Assembly (NCBI GenBank): GCA_023511795.1
Contig: JAIMAU010000001.1
Coordinates: 138,384 to 202,383 of the forward strand
DNA: 64,000 nt
Direction of reading: 5' to 3'
Source of the DNA: Armatimonadota bacterium
Lineage (GTDB): Bacteria; Armatimonadota; UBA5829; DTJY01
The notes beneath the pieces are model-generated. The model did no database searches and was not told the DNA's origin. It saw only the letters and a program-made list of their open reading frames with translations. Made by a program: the position numbers and the translations under genes. This document shows positions 1-9,341 of the stretch, piece by piece (the first letter of the stretch is position 1; every line of letters begins with the position of its first letter).

Positions 1-518
1 TCGGACATGAGACAGATTTTACACTTGCCGATTTCGCCGCTGATTTGCGTGCGCCAACTCCCTCGGCTGCTGCTGAACTTGTTGTGCCTGATAGGGACGA
101 AATATTGTCGAGAATCTTGACGCTTAGTGATGCAATGAAATCTGCTATTACCGCTCAAATAATAAATAAAAAAGCTTGCTTGAACATAATAATGAAATCA
201 CGGGTTTTCGCACATCCCGAGGTATTAGTTCAGGAGCGCTGGCAAGCTTTGGATACGCTAACAATGCGGCTCGCAAATAGCCTCGACCGGCAAATCAGCA
301 ATTGTAGTGCTCGCCTAAGTGAGGTGACGGCAAAACTTCATGCGCTTAGCCCACTTCAGGTGTTATCGAGAGGATATGCGATAGTCAGACATGATGGGCA
401 ACTGGTTAAGAAAATATCAGACGTAGAGGTTGGGGATAGCACGGAAACTCTTATTTCGGATGGGCGGTTGGTTTCAGAGATTAAAGAAATTAAGGAAGGA
501 TGGGGCGAGGATGGCTGA
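1..518 (+). CDS. xseA: Exodeoxyribonuclease VII large subunit, C-terminal part (5' end lies outside the window)
   Basis: The frame is open from the window start. The C-terminal motifs ALDTLTMRL...[14 protein letters not shown] are typical of XseA. The TGA at 516-518 overlaps the xseB ATG at 511 (ATGGCTGA). Confidence 0.75.
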   Translation, partial: GHETDFTLADFAADLRAPTPSAAAELVVPDRDEILSRILTLSDAMKSAITAQIINKKACLNIIMKSRVFAHPEVLVQERWQALDTLTMRLANSLDRQISNCSARLSEVTAKLHALSPLQVLSRGYAIVRHDGQLVKKISDVEVGDSTETLISDGRLVSEIKEIKEGWGEDG

Positions 519-741
519 AGGCAACGAGATAAGCTTCGAGGCCGCTATTAAGCGGCTTGAAGAGATAGTTAAGCAGCTGGAGCAAGGAGAACTTCCACTA
601 AGCGAATCGCTTAAGCTGTTTGAAGAGGGAATCAAGCTTGCTCGCGAATGCTCAAGACAGCTTACGGAAGCCCAGGGACGCATTGAAGCACTGGTGAAGA
701 AATCCGAGGGCACAATGGTTGAAGAGCCCTTCAATGTCTAG
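511..741 (+). CDS. xseB: Exodeoxyribonuclease VII small subunit
   Basis: An ~76-aa coiled-coil protein, [51 protein letters not shown], that is XseB-like. It overlaps the xseA stop, which suggests translational coupling. Confidence 0.8.
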   Translation: MAEGNEISFEAAIKRLEEIVKQLEQGELPLSESLKLFEEGIKLARECSRQLTEAQGRIEALVKKSEGTMVEEPFNV

Positions 742-856
742 AGACAGGAATTTTATTCTTGCCTGATTATTTAAAGGTTTGGTATATTTTAATTGCCTTA
801 CGCCACTTTGGTAAGTAGCTAGTCAAAGCTCCTTGTAGTTTTGGAATGGTATATTC

Positions 857-1036
857 ATGACAAGCATGCGTTGGTTCTATATAGTCCTAATCTCGGCTGC
901 CGGTGCAGTTACAATACTAAGCCTCCAGAGGTTGTTCAATTGGCCTAGAACAATCTACTTTGAGGCCATTGTAGCTGTTGCCATTGCTACTACTATCATC
1001 TCCTTGTTTGGATTTATCTCAAAGCTTCGTGAATAG
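857..1036 (+). CDS. Possible small (59 aa) two-helix membrane protein. It falls below the ORF-track length cutoff.
   Basis: The frame is open from ATG 857 to TAG 1034-1036 and encodes MTSMRWFYIVLISAAGAVTILSLQRLFNWPRTIYFEAIVAVAIATTIISLFGFISKLRE, which has two hydrophobic stretches. No strong RBS is present. Confidence 0.25.
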   Translation: MTSMRWFYIVLISAAGAVTILSLQRLFNWPRTIYFEAIVAVAIATTIISLFGFISKLRE

Positions 1037-1063
1037 GGGAGGTTTTGGGCTCTTCTCCCCTTT
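1036..1063 (+). terminator. Weak hairpin (GGGGAG/CTCCCC) followed by TTT. It is a possible terminator after the xseB/small-ORF unit.
   Basis: Inverted repeat 1036-1041 / 1055-1060 with a 13-nt loop and a short T-run. Confidence 0.25.
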
Positions 1064-1162
1064 GGAACTTCAATCTCTCTTCTAAAAAACTGCAAAACGC
1101 TTGCAAATCGCTTTGGCGGCAGTTATCATGTATACGATTACAGCTCTTTAGGAGGTTCCCAA

Positions 1163-1972
1163 ATGGCCACACCAAGCGTCTGTATAGAGAAGTTACTAAC
1201 CGAATTCCCTTTTTTGGAAAGAATAAACCAGGCTGCAAAGCTCGGATATCCCGCAGTAGAGTTTTGGTTTGCTGGGCAGAACAACGATAACAAAGCGGCT
1301 GAGGAGAAGGCATTTGGGGATATTGCTAATGCATGTGCAAAGGTTGGCGTTTCGGTTGCAGCTTTCGTAATCAATTCCCCGGATGGAAGCATCGGAGGAA
1401 GCCTGATAAACCCTGAAGAACGCGGTGTGTATCTTAAGCGTTTGGAGCGAGTGGTCGAACTTGCAAACATTGTAAATTGCCGAATGATAATCACATGCGC
1501 CGGCAATTGCCAGCCAGGAAAATCAAAAGAGGAGCAAGTACAAAGTATTATTGATGCGCTCAAAGAGGCGGCGCCCATTGCTGAGAATGGAGGCATTACT
1601 CTTTTACTTGAACCTCTGAACTCATTAGTAAACCATCCCGGATATTTCTTGGACTCGAGCGCCATTGGAGCAGAGATTGTCAAAGCGGTTGGCAGTCCAA
1701 ATGTGAAGCTCCTCTACGATATCTACCACATGCAAATCATGGAAGGAAACATAATTTCTACAATTCGCAAGTATATTGATATCATTGGTCACTTTCACTC
1801 AGCAGGCGTTCCTGGCAGGCACGAGCTTACCTCTGGTGAGCTGAACTATCATGACATAATCGCTGAAATTGATTCGTTGGGATACACAGGCTACTTCGGC
1901 CTCGAATATTCGCCTTTGCTAGAATCGGTGCAATCTCTTGGATTACTGCGAGAAAGCCTGATGTTGTGGTAG
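1163..1972 (+). CDS. Hydroxypyruvate isomerase (Hyi)/OtnI-like sugar-phosphate isomerase, xylose-isomerase-like TIM barrel
   Basis: LLYDIYHMQIMEG...GHFHSAGVPGRHE...GLEYSP closely matches the Hyi-family motifs YDIYHMQRMEG and GCEYKP. Confidence 0.7.
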   Translation: MATPSVCIEKLLTEFPFLERINQAAKLGYPAVEFWFAGQNNDNKAAEEKAFGDIANACAKVGVSVAAFVINSPDGSIGGSLINPEERGVYLKRLERVVELANIVNCRMIITCAGNCQPGKSKEEQVQSIIDALKEAAPIAENGGITLLLEPLNSLVNHPGYFLDSSAIGAEIVKAVGSPNVKLLYDIYHMQIMEGNIISTIRKYIDIIGHFHSAGVPGRHELTSGELNYHDIIAEIDSLGYTGYFGLEYSPLLESVQSLGLLRESLMLW

Positions 1973-2101
1973 GAACTTGTTCTACAAAGAGGTGACTGGC
2001 ATTGAGTGTTAAATGAAAGTATATAGTCGACCATAACTTCCTGGAGGAAAGTTAAAAAGTTTTCAATTCCTTTCAGTAGAGCTATCGCAGAAGGATTATC
2101 C

Positions 2102-4294
2102 ATGAGACAAATAGCGGTCTTTTTACTCCTAGTCTTCCTATTTGCCGAAGGCATTCCATCACGTGGAGCAGTAAGTAAAGAAGTTGTTGTTCCACGCATG
2201 AAATCTCAAATAAAAATTGATGGACGACTTAGCGAGCCAGCTTGGACACGGGCGGGGCAGATTTCTTCATTTAAGCATTACTTAGGGGAGGGAGATATTA
2301 AGAATCAAACCGAGGCCCGACTCCTTTTTGACGATAAAGCGCTTTATATTGCCTTCACGTGCAACGAAACAAGTATGAAAGCATTGAAAGCATTGGTGAA
2401 AGAGCACGATGGAGACTTATGGAACGACGATTGCGTTGAGGTGTTCCTTGATATAAAAGGCGACCGGCTGAGTTATTTCCATTTCATTCTCAATGTATGC
2501 GGTACCAAATATGATGCGATTGGAAACGATCCGCATATTTGGAATCCCCGTTGGGAGGCCGAGGTTTGTTTATTCGACAAGCAATGGAAAGCTGAGATAA
2601 AGATTCCTTTCAGTGAACTAGGATTAAGCATGCCGCCCAAGCCGGGTGCTTTTTGGTATGGAAACTTTTGTCGTGAGGAGCAACCGTCCAAAGAGCTTTC
2701 ATGTTGGTTGCCCACAATGGGAGCGTTCGATGCTCCAGGGTATTTCGGCAAAATTTTGTTTGGCTCTGTTGTGGCAGATGGCATCGAGTTGGCAAAACAA
2801 GAGAAAAGAATCCAATCTAGTAAAACTTGCGAATATCTAGTGTGGGAGACCACCCCGTGGAGGCATTTTTCAGCTAATGAAGACACCTCTAGCGTAGTGA
2901 GAGACACTGCTTCAATTGATGTCTTTGTGCTTGCTGGGCAGACTGAGTCAAAGGCTTTGATGGTAAGCAATATTACCGATGAAACATTGGCGGCACGCCT
3001 TGTCCTTGAAGGCTTCGAAGGCGTGATGGTGGAGATTCTAATTCCTACCTTTGTTAGAACCGCAGATGGCCGTCCTTTTCCCGATGCCCTTGTACCTCCC
3101 GACCCCATTGGACAGATTATCATTCCGCCAGGTGAGACCCGCCAGGTATGGTTGAATATCAAGGGCGTAAAAGATGGGGAATTTGAAGGCAAGCTTATCA
3201 TTAGTCCATTGACAGCTTCAAAGGCGGATAAACAGGTAAAATTCAACATCTGCGTTGTCTCCCCCCAAATTGAGGTGCCGCATCCACTAGCTTTCACCTG
3301 GGATTTTTTGGGCGATGCTGTCCGCCTTGGCCTTGAAAAGGAGTATATCGAGACAATGGTGGACCACGGCATCCGTGTTTTCATGATTTCTGGCCTCCAT
3401 TATATGCCGAGACCAAAGGCGAGTGATAGCGGAGAATTCCTTGAACCAGTGGATTGGGGGAAGTTCCGGCGACAGGTGGAGCTCGTCTGGAAGCCTGGTA
3501 GGAAACTTTATATTAATTTGGATATCTGGGAAAAAGATTCAGAGCGGCTAATGTTCAACGGGCGATTTGGCTCGCCTGGCTGGTGTGTCGCTTTCAAAAA
3601 GATAATTAGCGAGATGATTGCGGAGCTTGCAAAACTAGGGCTCTCGTATGATGACTATGTTGTCAATCCATTGGATGAGTCTATTGACAATCGTTTCGTG
3701 ACAATTGCTCGCTTGGTTAAGGAAGTTGATCCCAAAGTTCAAATTGTCGAAGACACAGCTGGTTCAAATCTGGCAGAGGTTAAAGTGGCAGATAAGTACG
3801 TAGATTGGTGGATTCCTCACTTTAAGTCGTTAAACTCGGCCTCAGCCAAAGAACAGATAGGCTATATAAAAGCGACCGGCGAGCCGGTAGGGTTCTATTT
3901 TTATAGTGAGGGAGCTAACGAAAAAGCCCAGGATTCATACAGCCATTACCTTTGGAAATTCTGGTGGGCTTACTCGCAGGGGCTAAATGGGATATTCGGC
4001 TACTGGACTGCAACTCAGCACTACGGCGATCCGTGGAACCGGCACCAAACTGAAGCTGCCTATGACCCATCGCTCTTCTATTATGGAAATGGTTGCGTAA
4101 TAACCGGGCGGCGCTGGGAAGCCTGGCGGCGAGGCATCGAAGACTATGCGCTTCTTGAGTTATGTCAAAAAGCTGGGGTGGATAAGACAGTAATCTCTAG
4201 CATGGTGAAATCCGTCCTCAATGCTCCAGACGACTCAACTGTTGCTGATCGTGCGAGGCAGAGTTTAGTTAGATTGCTTGCTTCTAAATACTGA
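2102..4294 (+). CDS. Secreted 730-aa protein with an N-terminal CBM9/DOMON-like carbohydrate-binding module and a C-terminal TIM-barrel glycoside-hydrolase-like region
   Basis: Signal peptide MRQIAVFLLLVFLFAEG. The N-terminal block KIDGRLSEPAWTRAG...LYIAFTC...DDCVEVFLD is CBM9-like. The C-terminal half is rich in W/Y, as in a glycoside-hydrolase (GH)-like barrel. An RBS (AGAAGGA) lies upstream. Confidence 0.5.
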   Translation: MRQIAVFLLLVFLFAEGIPSRGAVSKEVVVPRMKSQIKIDGRLSEPAWTRAGQISSFKHYLGEGDIKNQTEARLLFDDKALYIAFTCNETSMKALKALVKEHDGDLWNDDCVEVFLDIKGDRLSYFHFILNVCGTKYDAIGNDPHIWNPRWEAEVCLFDKQWKAEIKIPFSELGLSMPPKPGAFWYGNFCREEQPSKELSCWLPTMGAFDAPGYFGKILFGSVVADGIELAKQEKRIQSSKTCEYLVWETTPWRHFSANEDTSSVVRDTASIDVFVLAGQTESKALMVSNITDETLAARLVLEGFEGVMVEILIPTFVRTADGRPFPDALVPPDPIGQIIIPPGETRQVWLNIKGVKDGEFEGKLIISPLTASKADKQVKFNICVVSPQIEVPHPLAFTWDFLGDAVRLGLEKEYIETMVDHGIRVFMISGLHYMPRPKASDSGEFLEPVDWGKFRRQVELVWKPGRKLYINLDIWEKDSERLMFNGRFGSPGWCVAFKKIISEMIAELAKLGLSYDDYVVNPLDESIDNRFVTIARLVKEVDPKVQIVEDTAGSNLAEVKVADKYVDWWIPHFKSLNSASAKEQIGYIKATGEPVGFYFYSEGANEKAQDSYSHYLWKFWWAYSQGLNGIFGYWTATQHYGDPWNRHQTEAAYDPSLFYYGNGCVITGRRWEAWRRGIEDYALLELCQKAGVDKTVISSMVKSVLNAPDDSTVADRARQSLVRLLASKY

Positions 4295-4454
4295 CCGGAC
4301 GCGGATGCATTTTTGCTATTAATAATTGCAGGTTCTTAGCTCCATATTCCTTGCCAAAGCAGATTTTGAAAGGCTAAAACTGAGCATTTTTCAATACCAG
4401 CGCGTTAAAAAATCATTGACCAATGTAGTAGTGCTCACTTAGAGGCAGCTTAGG

Positions 4455-5522
4455 TTATGGATTAATAATTACCTTTATCGCCCCAGATTCTTCTTTTTTA
4501 TCGGCAATCTTGAATGCCTCGTCTGCCCGCCCGATTGGAAAACGATGTGTAATGAGCGGTTTTGTTTGAATGCGTCCACTATAGAGAAGCTCAAGGGCTA
4601 TTGGCCACTCTTCATATTTGAAGTTTGCAGAAGTCATAATCATCCTTTGGCCCGCGGTGAATAGACGGTTGAAATTCTCATCTCGGTCATGAACGGCCAG
4701 CTCTATCATTCGCCCACCACGTGCAAGAATTGGAAGCATCTCATCCAGAGGACGCCCTACTGTATCTATAATTATGCGCACTCCAATCCCTTCGGTGTTG
4801 TGCATGACTACATCATGTAAGCCTTGGGTTCGCACATTAATGGCTTCGTCGGCACCGAGCATTTTGCCAAGTTCAAGATGCCGGGCGTCGATATCGGCGC
4901 ATATGATTTCTGTCGCGCCATAAGCCCTTAGCACCTGAATTGCTAGAAGGCCGATTACTCCTGTGCCCATTACAAGGCAAGTTTCTGCGGCAATTGGTTT
5001 TGCAAGTTCAACTGCATGAACGGCAACCCCTAGGGCGTCTGATAAAGTTGCCTCGCTGTTGGAGATGCGGTTTGGTAGGGGGAAGACATGGGTCGCCCAG
5101 ACAGGAACATATTCCGCCATACCACCGTAGTAGTAGTTCATATCGCCCCAACCAGCGCCATGACCAAGATGCTTTGTGTTGGGGCAAAGCTCACGCTCCC
5201 CTCTGCGACACCACCAGCAAGTTTCGCACGCCTTAAAGCACAAAACAGCAACGTTTTTGCCAATTAGGGACCTGTCGGCGTTTTCTCCAACTTCTTCGAC
5301 AACGCCAGAAACCTCGTGGCCAGGGACGATGTTGGGCGGGTTGGCCCTAATTTCGCCAAGAGTGTGCTGCGACCATGGATTCTCACCGTGGAAGTAGCGG
5401 ATATCGCTTCCGCATATTCCACAGTCAGTTACTCGCACCAATACCTCATCTCTGCCAGGCACTGGTTTAGGAACGTCCTCAACCACAAGGCGTTCCTTCT
5501 CTTTTAGCACAACTGCCTTCAT
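4455..5522 (-). CDS. Zinc-dependent medium-chain alcohol/polyol dehydrogenase (threonine/sorbitol dehydrogenase-like)
   Basis: GHE catalytic motif (GHEVSGVV), CGICGSD, structural-zinc cysteine cluster CETCWWCRRGERELC, and a Rossmann motif GTGVIG. Confidence 0.8.
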   Translation of the reverse strand: MKAVVLKEKERLVVEDVPKPVPGRDEVLVRVTDCGICGSDIRYFHGENPWSQHTLGEIRANPPNIVPGHEVSGVVEEVGENADRSLIGKNVAVLCFKACETCWWCRRGERELCPNTKHLGHGAGWGDMNYYYGGMAEYVPVWATHVFPLPNRISNSEATLSDALGVAVHAVELAKPIAAETCLVMGTGVIGLLAIQVLRAYGATEIICADIDARHLELGKMLGADEAINVRTQGLHDVVMHNTEGIGVRIIIDTVGRPLDEMLPILARGGRMIELAVHDRDENFNRLFTAGQRMIMTSANFKYEEWPIALELLYSGRIQTKPLITHRFPIGRADEAFKIADKKEESGAIKVIINP

Positions 5523-5686
5523 CCAATTATTCCTCCTTAAAATTGCTTGGTGCAGTCTGTGTACCCTACAACCATTTCGCCGGAGATACTTTTATAACCT
5601 TTTGTTTTGGAGGAAAGGGAAAATTTGAAGCTTTTTAGGCGAAATAATGGTTTCTGTGATTAAATATTTCCTGAAGTTGACACTTT

Positions 5687-5716
5687 GAACCATTGCTGAG
5701 TATACTTTTAAGGGCG
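5687..5716 (+). promoter_or_regulatory. Sigma70-like promoter (TTGACA, 18-nt spacer, TATACT) upstream of the 5806 gene
   Basis: -35 at 5687-5692 and -10 at 5711-5716, about 90 nt upstream of the ATG. The 5'UTR contains a GGCGGCA/TGCCGC hairpin. Confidence 0.35.
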
Positions 5717-5805
5717 GCAGACCTAGAAACCGTGTGGTGAAGGTGTTGCCGCTCAAACTTATCCATTTTTCCAACGAACCAAGATTGCTTTAGGAGGAAC
5801 TCTTT

Positions 5806-7869
5806 ATGCCCATTCAAGACTCAGGGTTGGTAGGTAAGAAAGGTGGAACTTGTTGTTCATGTTGTGGAGGCGGCTCACTCGATGAAGCATCGCAGGTGAT
5901 AGTCGACCTGATTCTCGAGCGAGACCCGCGGGTTAAGCCAATGATGCCAGGTTGGGCGGTAGAAGTCGCTCGCCAAAAACTCCTTTTCTTCACAAAACCA
6001 TGTGACTTCCCATCTCGACTTGCCTCCATTGCGCTGGCATTGGATGAGGCATTTCCTTGTGGAAACCTTGAAACTCGGGCAAACTCAATTGCTTTTCTTC
6101 TTGGAGTTGCTGATTCCCTTAATTCAATTGTTGAGCTACACCACAATCTGCAGAACCCCAACCTGCATGGCACAGAAATACTCCCTGAGTCTACTGTTGC
6201 AACTTGTTACAGTGCGTCGGCAAGACTGCTTGAGGATTGGGAACAGGCAGATAGTAACGCAGCAAAAGCGGTGCTTGATTACTTTAAAACCGAGGACTTG
6301 GCTGTCAATAAAGGGGACAATCTATTCATAGCGTGGGCCAAGGATTGGGAAAAGCGAACGGGCATAGATCCGTATTCGTCGACAGGAGAGTTTCTCAAAT
6401 GCTTTAAAGAGTTGTACCAACCTTCGACCTATTATGTCAAACTTTTCTTAGCATGGGAGAACGGCGAAACAAAGACTCAGTTCTTCAACGATTATGGGCT
6501 GCATGCCGCACGATGCAGAAAAATCGGAAGCCTTGGTGGAACAACTAACCCGGCGATTGCTGTAATGGGCGAAGATGATCTTGACGGCAAAGGGAACATA
6601 TGGGGTGAGGAAGCGACAAAGTTTATAACGCGCACCCCAAATAAATGGCGGGAAGTTCGGAAAGTCATAGCCCGCGAGCAAATTGCGAAAAAAGAGGCTG
6701 ATGACTGGGGCGCAACTGCTTTCACCGAGTGGGTTGTTGTTGATGCAATGCTTGGGCTTAGGTCAATCTTCCTATTGAAGAACCTAGGCCGTGTTGCATT
6801 TCAGCTTAGGCCTGATTGGCATTGTGAAGAAAAGAAGCTTGCTTATGCCGGTGGCGAGATATACGCCAGGCTTGGAGAGCGGATGAAAGTATTCGATGAT
6901 ATCCTTTTGGCAGGTGCAGGAGAACCATATGAAAGCATTGTTGCGCCAAGAGTAGGCAAGCCTAACAACCATTTCAAGATATCTTGTACATCGCAAGTGG
7001 CGCTAAATATCGTTCGCGCTTTCAATGCCGGATTCCACCCAGAGTATCCAGACGCCATCAAAGAGCGAATGTTTACCAATATGACCCTATCTTATGATGT
7101 ATCACAGATGGTTGCCTCCAGCTTGGCGGTGGAGGAGGGACTAGCAGAATACGAGCGGAGAACTGGCGAGAAGGTTGATGATGGGCAAGGTGGGTCGGTT
7201 GTCACAAGCATGATTGGCCGATTCAACGATGCTATTAGATGTTATCGAGTCGAAAAGTTGCTCGCAGCTCTTCCGAATGATTCGAAGTTTAAAGTGGAGA
7301 TAAAACCTACAGCTGTTAAAGCCTTGACCGACGCTCCATTGAACACAGAAGAGTTTAAAGCCGAGCTTGCCAAAGCTGGCATTGAGTTTGAGCCCGAGGC
7401 CGAAGAGGATGCAATTGATCATGCAGGGACGCTTGCGACAAAGCGTGCAGTCATCCACTTGGAGAACAAGTACGGCTTGAAGCGCACGCGATTATTGACA
7501 GCCTCGAAGCGGAAATTTCACCAAAATACTGACCTCTTGGATGTTCCGTTCTCGACCGATTTTGGTAATATCCAGCGGATGTGGCTTGATATTCAGAAGT
7601 CAGGAGGCTTAGAGATAACCTCTTGGAAGACGCTTTACGAAGGAATGAATCCAGATGGAACGCCAGCTGCCGGCTCGATTTGGGAGAAGCGGTCGCACGT
7701 GCTTGCGAGAATCTGGCCTGACTGGGTTAAGGCGTTTGACCCAGAGGGGGTTGCGCCAGAGGATTACATTAATACTTGCTATGTTCCGCCAACCCTCGAG
7801 CAGTTCACAAATTTTTGGTTTGAGAATATAGCCCGAGCAAAAGCTGCGCGAGAGGAAGTTGAGAAGTAA
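5806..7869 (+). CDS. 687-aa protein with a transaldolase-fold core (about aa 225-480), a Cys-rich N-terminus (GGTCCSCCGGGS) and a ~200-aa C-terminal extension. Function unknown.
   Basis: Transaldolase catalytic motifs appear in canonical order: FFNDYG (Asp), GGTTNPAI (TTNP), HFKISC (Schiff-base Lys), FTNMTLSY (N-x-T) and SMIGRFND (S-x-x-G-R). A good RBS (GGAGG) precedes the ATG. Confidence 0.45.
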   Translation: MPIQDSGLVGKKGGTCCSCCGGGSLDEASQVIVDLILERDPRVKPMMPGWAVEVARQKLLFFTKPCDFPSRLASIALALDEAFPCGNLETRANSIAFLLGVADSLNSIVELHHNLQNPNLHGTEILPESTVATCYSASARLLEDWEQADSNAAKAVLDYFKTEDLAVNKGDNLFIAWAKDWEKRTGIDPYSSTGEFLKCFKELYQPSTYYVKLFLAWENGETKTQFFNDYGLHAARCRKIGSLGGTTNPAIAVMGEDDLDGKGNIWGEEATKFITRTPNKWREVRKVIAREQIAKKEADDWGATAFTEWVVVDAMLGLRSIFLLKNLGRVAFQLRPDWHCEEKKLAYAGGEIYARLGERMKVFDDILLAGAGEPYESIVAPRVGKPNNHFKISCTSQVALNIVRAFNAGFHPEYPDAIKERMFTNMTLSYDVSQMVASSLAVEEGLAEYERRTGEKVDDGQGGSVVTSMIGRFNDAIRCYRVEKLLAALPNDSKFKVEIKPTAVKALTDAPLNTEEFKAELAKAGIEFEPEAEEDAIDHAGTLATKRAVIHLENKYGLKRTRLLTASKRKFHQNTDLLDVPFSTDFGNIQRMWLDIQKSGGLEITSWKTLYEGMNPDGTPAAGSIWEKRSHVLARIWPDWVKAFDPEGVAPEDYINTCYVPPTLEQFTNFWFENIARAKAAREEVEK

Positions 7870-7883
7870 TCCAAGAGTGAGCG

Positions 7884-9245
7884 TCAGGACTCTGAAACCT
7901 TTATTTTCAGTGTCTTCAGATGTCTTTCTATATGTTCGGCTACTTCTGAGTAGTGTTTTTCTTCATGCGTAAAAAGCGTTTTGTATATTTCTTCTCGCTT
8001 TTGGTCTAATAATGCTCCATAGGAGATATGAAAAAGCTGACGGACGTCTGGCTGCTGCAAAAACGTTCGGATATCATTAGGTAATTCTTTGGGAAAATAC
8101 TTCAGCTCAACAGAAACTTGATATGCTTTCTTGCTTTCCTCTAGGTTTTCTAAACACAACATATAAAGCTCCCGGAAGAGCGGCAAATTTACCTCAGAGA
8201 TTACCTTCACCGCTTGTAGCCAGCTGGTTCCAGATGTCTTTATGTGGAAAGCCCCATCTGTGGTTTCGCTGAGGAGTGGATAAACACTAAACTTATCGCT
8301 TCCAGAGTGTAGGCTTAGACGGTACCCCCCGAGGGAGCGGCAGAGGGTTGCGTGTATGTGTAGTGAGGTAGCGAGCTCTGCTAGGTCTCCCCCGAAATCC
8401 ACACCTTTCTGAAAACGCCCTGGAAATTTGGGCGCGAGACTAGTGAACTCGACGCCGCTTAGATGTAAAAATTCAGCCACGAAGTAGTGGTCCTCTGGCG
8501 TAGTGTCTCTTGGGCATTCATCAATTGAAATTTCAAGGTCGAAATTTGCGATGTTTTTCTTGATGATTCTATGAAAATGTTTTACAAGGTTAAGAGCATG
8601 CTCGTAAATTAAAGCAGAATCTATAAGGCGTTCATTATCAATTTTGTATGCCGTGCAGATGGGCGGTAGATTAAAGGAGTTTGCAACAATCTTTCGACTC
8701 AAAGGTGAAAGTTCGGCGGGTGTTCGTCTAGGTGGATAATCTAGCCAATCGCTGATATCCAGTGTATACATGCTGTAACCTGCATCTATTGCTTCTAAAA
8801 GCTGTTGTTCGTCTTTTATATGGTCTGCATCTGCTCCCCATTTGCCTGTGTAACCCGATTCCAGCACGCCGAGGACTGCTTTGAGTAAAACATCCTTAAA
8901 GTTGCGGCTAGTTTTGGCAAGTTCCCGTGGTGATTGCTGAGCAATAACGGGGAAAACATCATATTTAGAAAGTACGCTCAAGTGGGTGGCTGAAACCATG
9001 CCGAGTCGGTCGCCTGTTCCGAAGGATGTTTTCTTTTCACACGGTGTTGGGGCGAGCGGCAACATTGATCTCAATTTCTTGTAATTTTCCCATGAAAGTG
9101 GAAGTATTTGAAAGTCATTTCCTTTGGTGATGCCAACTAATTTTTCGTTTTCTCGGCGTGCTACGAAAATTTCATTGCCACTGTCAAGACGTCTGATTGA
9201 CTTCGGGTAGATAAACAGGCCTTTTGCCCTCAAAAAATCTGCCAC
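7884..9245 (-). CDS. 453-aa cytoplasmic TIM-barrel-like protein, possibly a tagaturonate/fructuronate epimerase (UxaE)-family enzyme
   Basis: Its size matches the UxaE family and it sits among sugar-acid and carbohydrate genes. The assignment is from memory of the family, not from a verified motif. Confidence 0.3.
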   Translation of the reverse strand: MADFLRAKGLFIYPKSIRRLDSGNEIFVARRENEKLVGITKGNDFQILPLSWENYKKLRSMLPLAPTPCEKKTSFGTGDRLGMVSATHLSVLSKYDVFPVIAQQSPRELAKTSRNFKDVLLKAVLGVLESGYTGKWGADADHIKDEQQLLEAIDAGYSMYTLDISDWLDYPPRRTPAELSPLSRKIVANSFNLPPICTAYKIDNERLIDSALIYEHALNLVKHFHRIIKKNIANFDLEISIDECPRDTTPEDHYFVAEFLHLSGVEFTSLAPKFPGRFQKGVDFGGDLAELATSLHIHATLCRSLGGYRLSLHSGSDKFSVYPLLSETTDGAFHIKTSGTSWLQAVKVISEVNLPLFRELYMLCLENLEESKKAYQVSVELKYFPKELPNDIRTFLQQPDVRQLFHISYGALLDQKREEIYKTLFTHEEKHYSEVAEHIERHLKTLKIKVSES

Positions 9246-9313
9246 TTTTTAGCCTCCTAACTACTTAAGTATAGCACGCTGGTAGCATCGCATGAAAGGA
9301 TACCATCCGCTAA

Positions 9314-9321
9314 TGTATAAT
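9314..9321 (+). promoter_or_regulatory. Extended -10 promoter element TGTATAAT
   Basis: TGnTATAAT lies about 20 nt upstream of the ATG at 9342. GGAGG at 9330-9334 is the RBS. Confidence 0.4.
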
Positions 9322-9341
9322 CTACAATTGGAGGTTTGCCA

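Noticed and set aside
1138-1683. 181-aa minus-strand ORF overlapping the Hyi-like gene
   Set aside because: The plus-strand frame carries the strongly conserved YDIYHMQ.MEG isomerase motifs. The minus frame has none.
2473-3384. 303-aa minus-strand ORF inside the 2102..4294 gene
   Set aside because: It overlaps a well-supported plus-strand gene (signal peptide plus domain motifs). It has no RBS or motifs and a Ser/Pro-rich composition typical of antisense shadow ORFs.
9336-9341. TTG start at 9336 for the 1028-aa secreted protein
   Set aside because: An ATG two codons downstream (9342) has better spacing, 7 nt, from the GGAGG RBS. Both give the same signal peptide.
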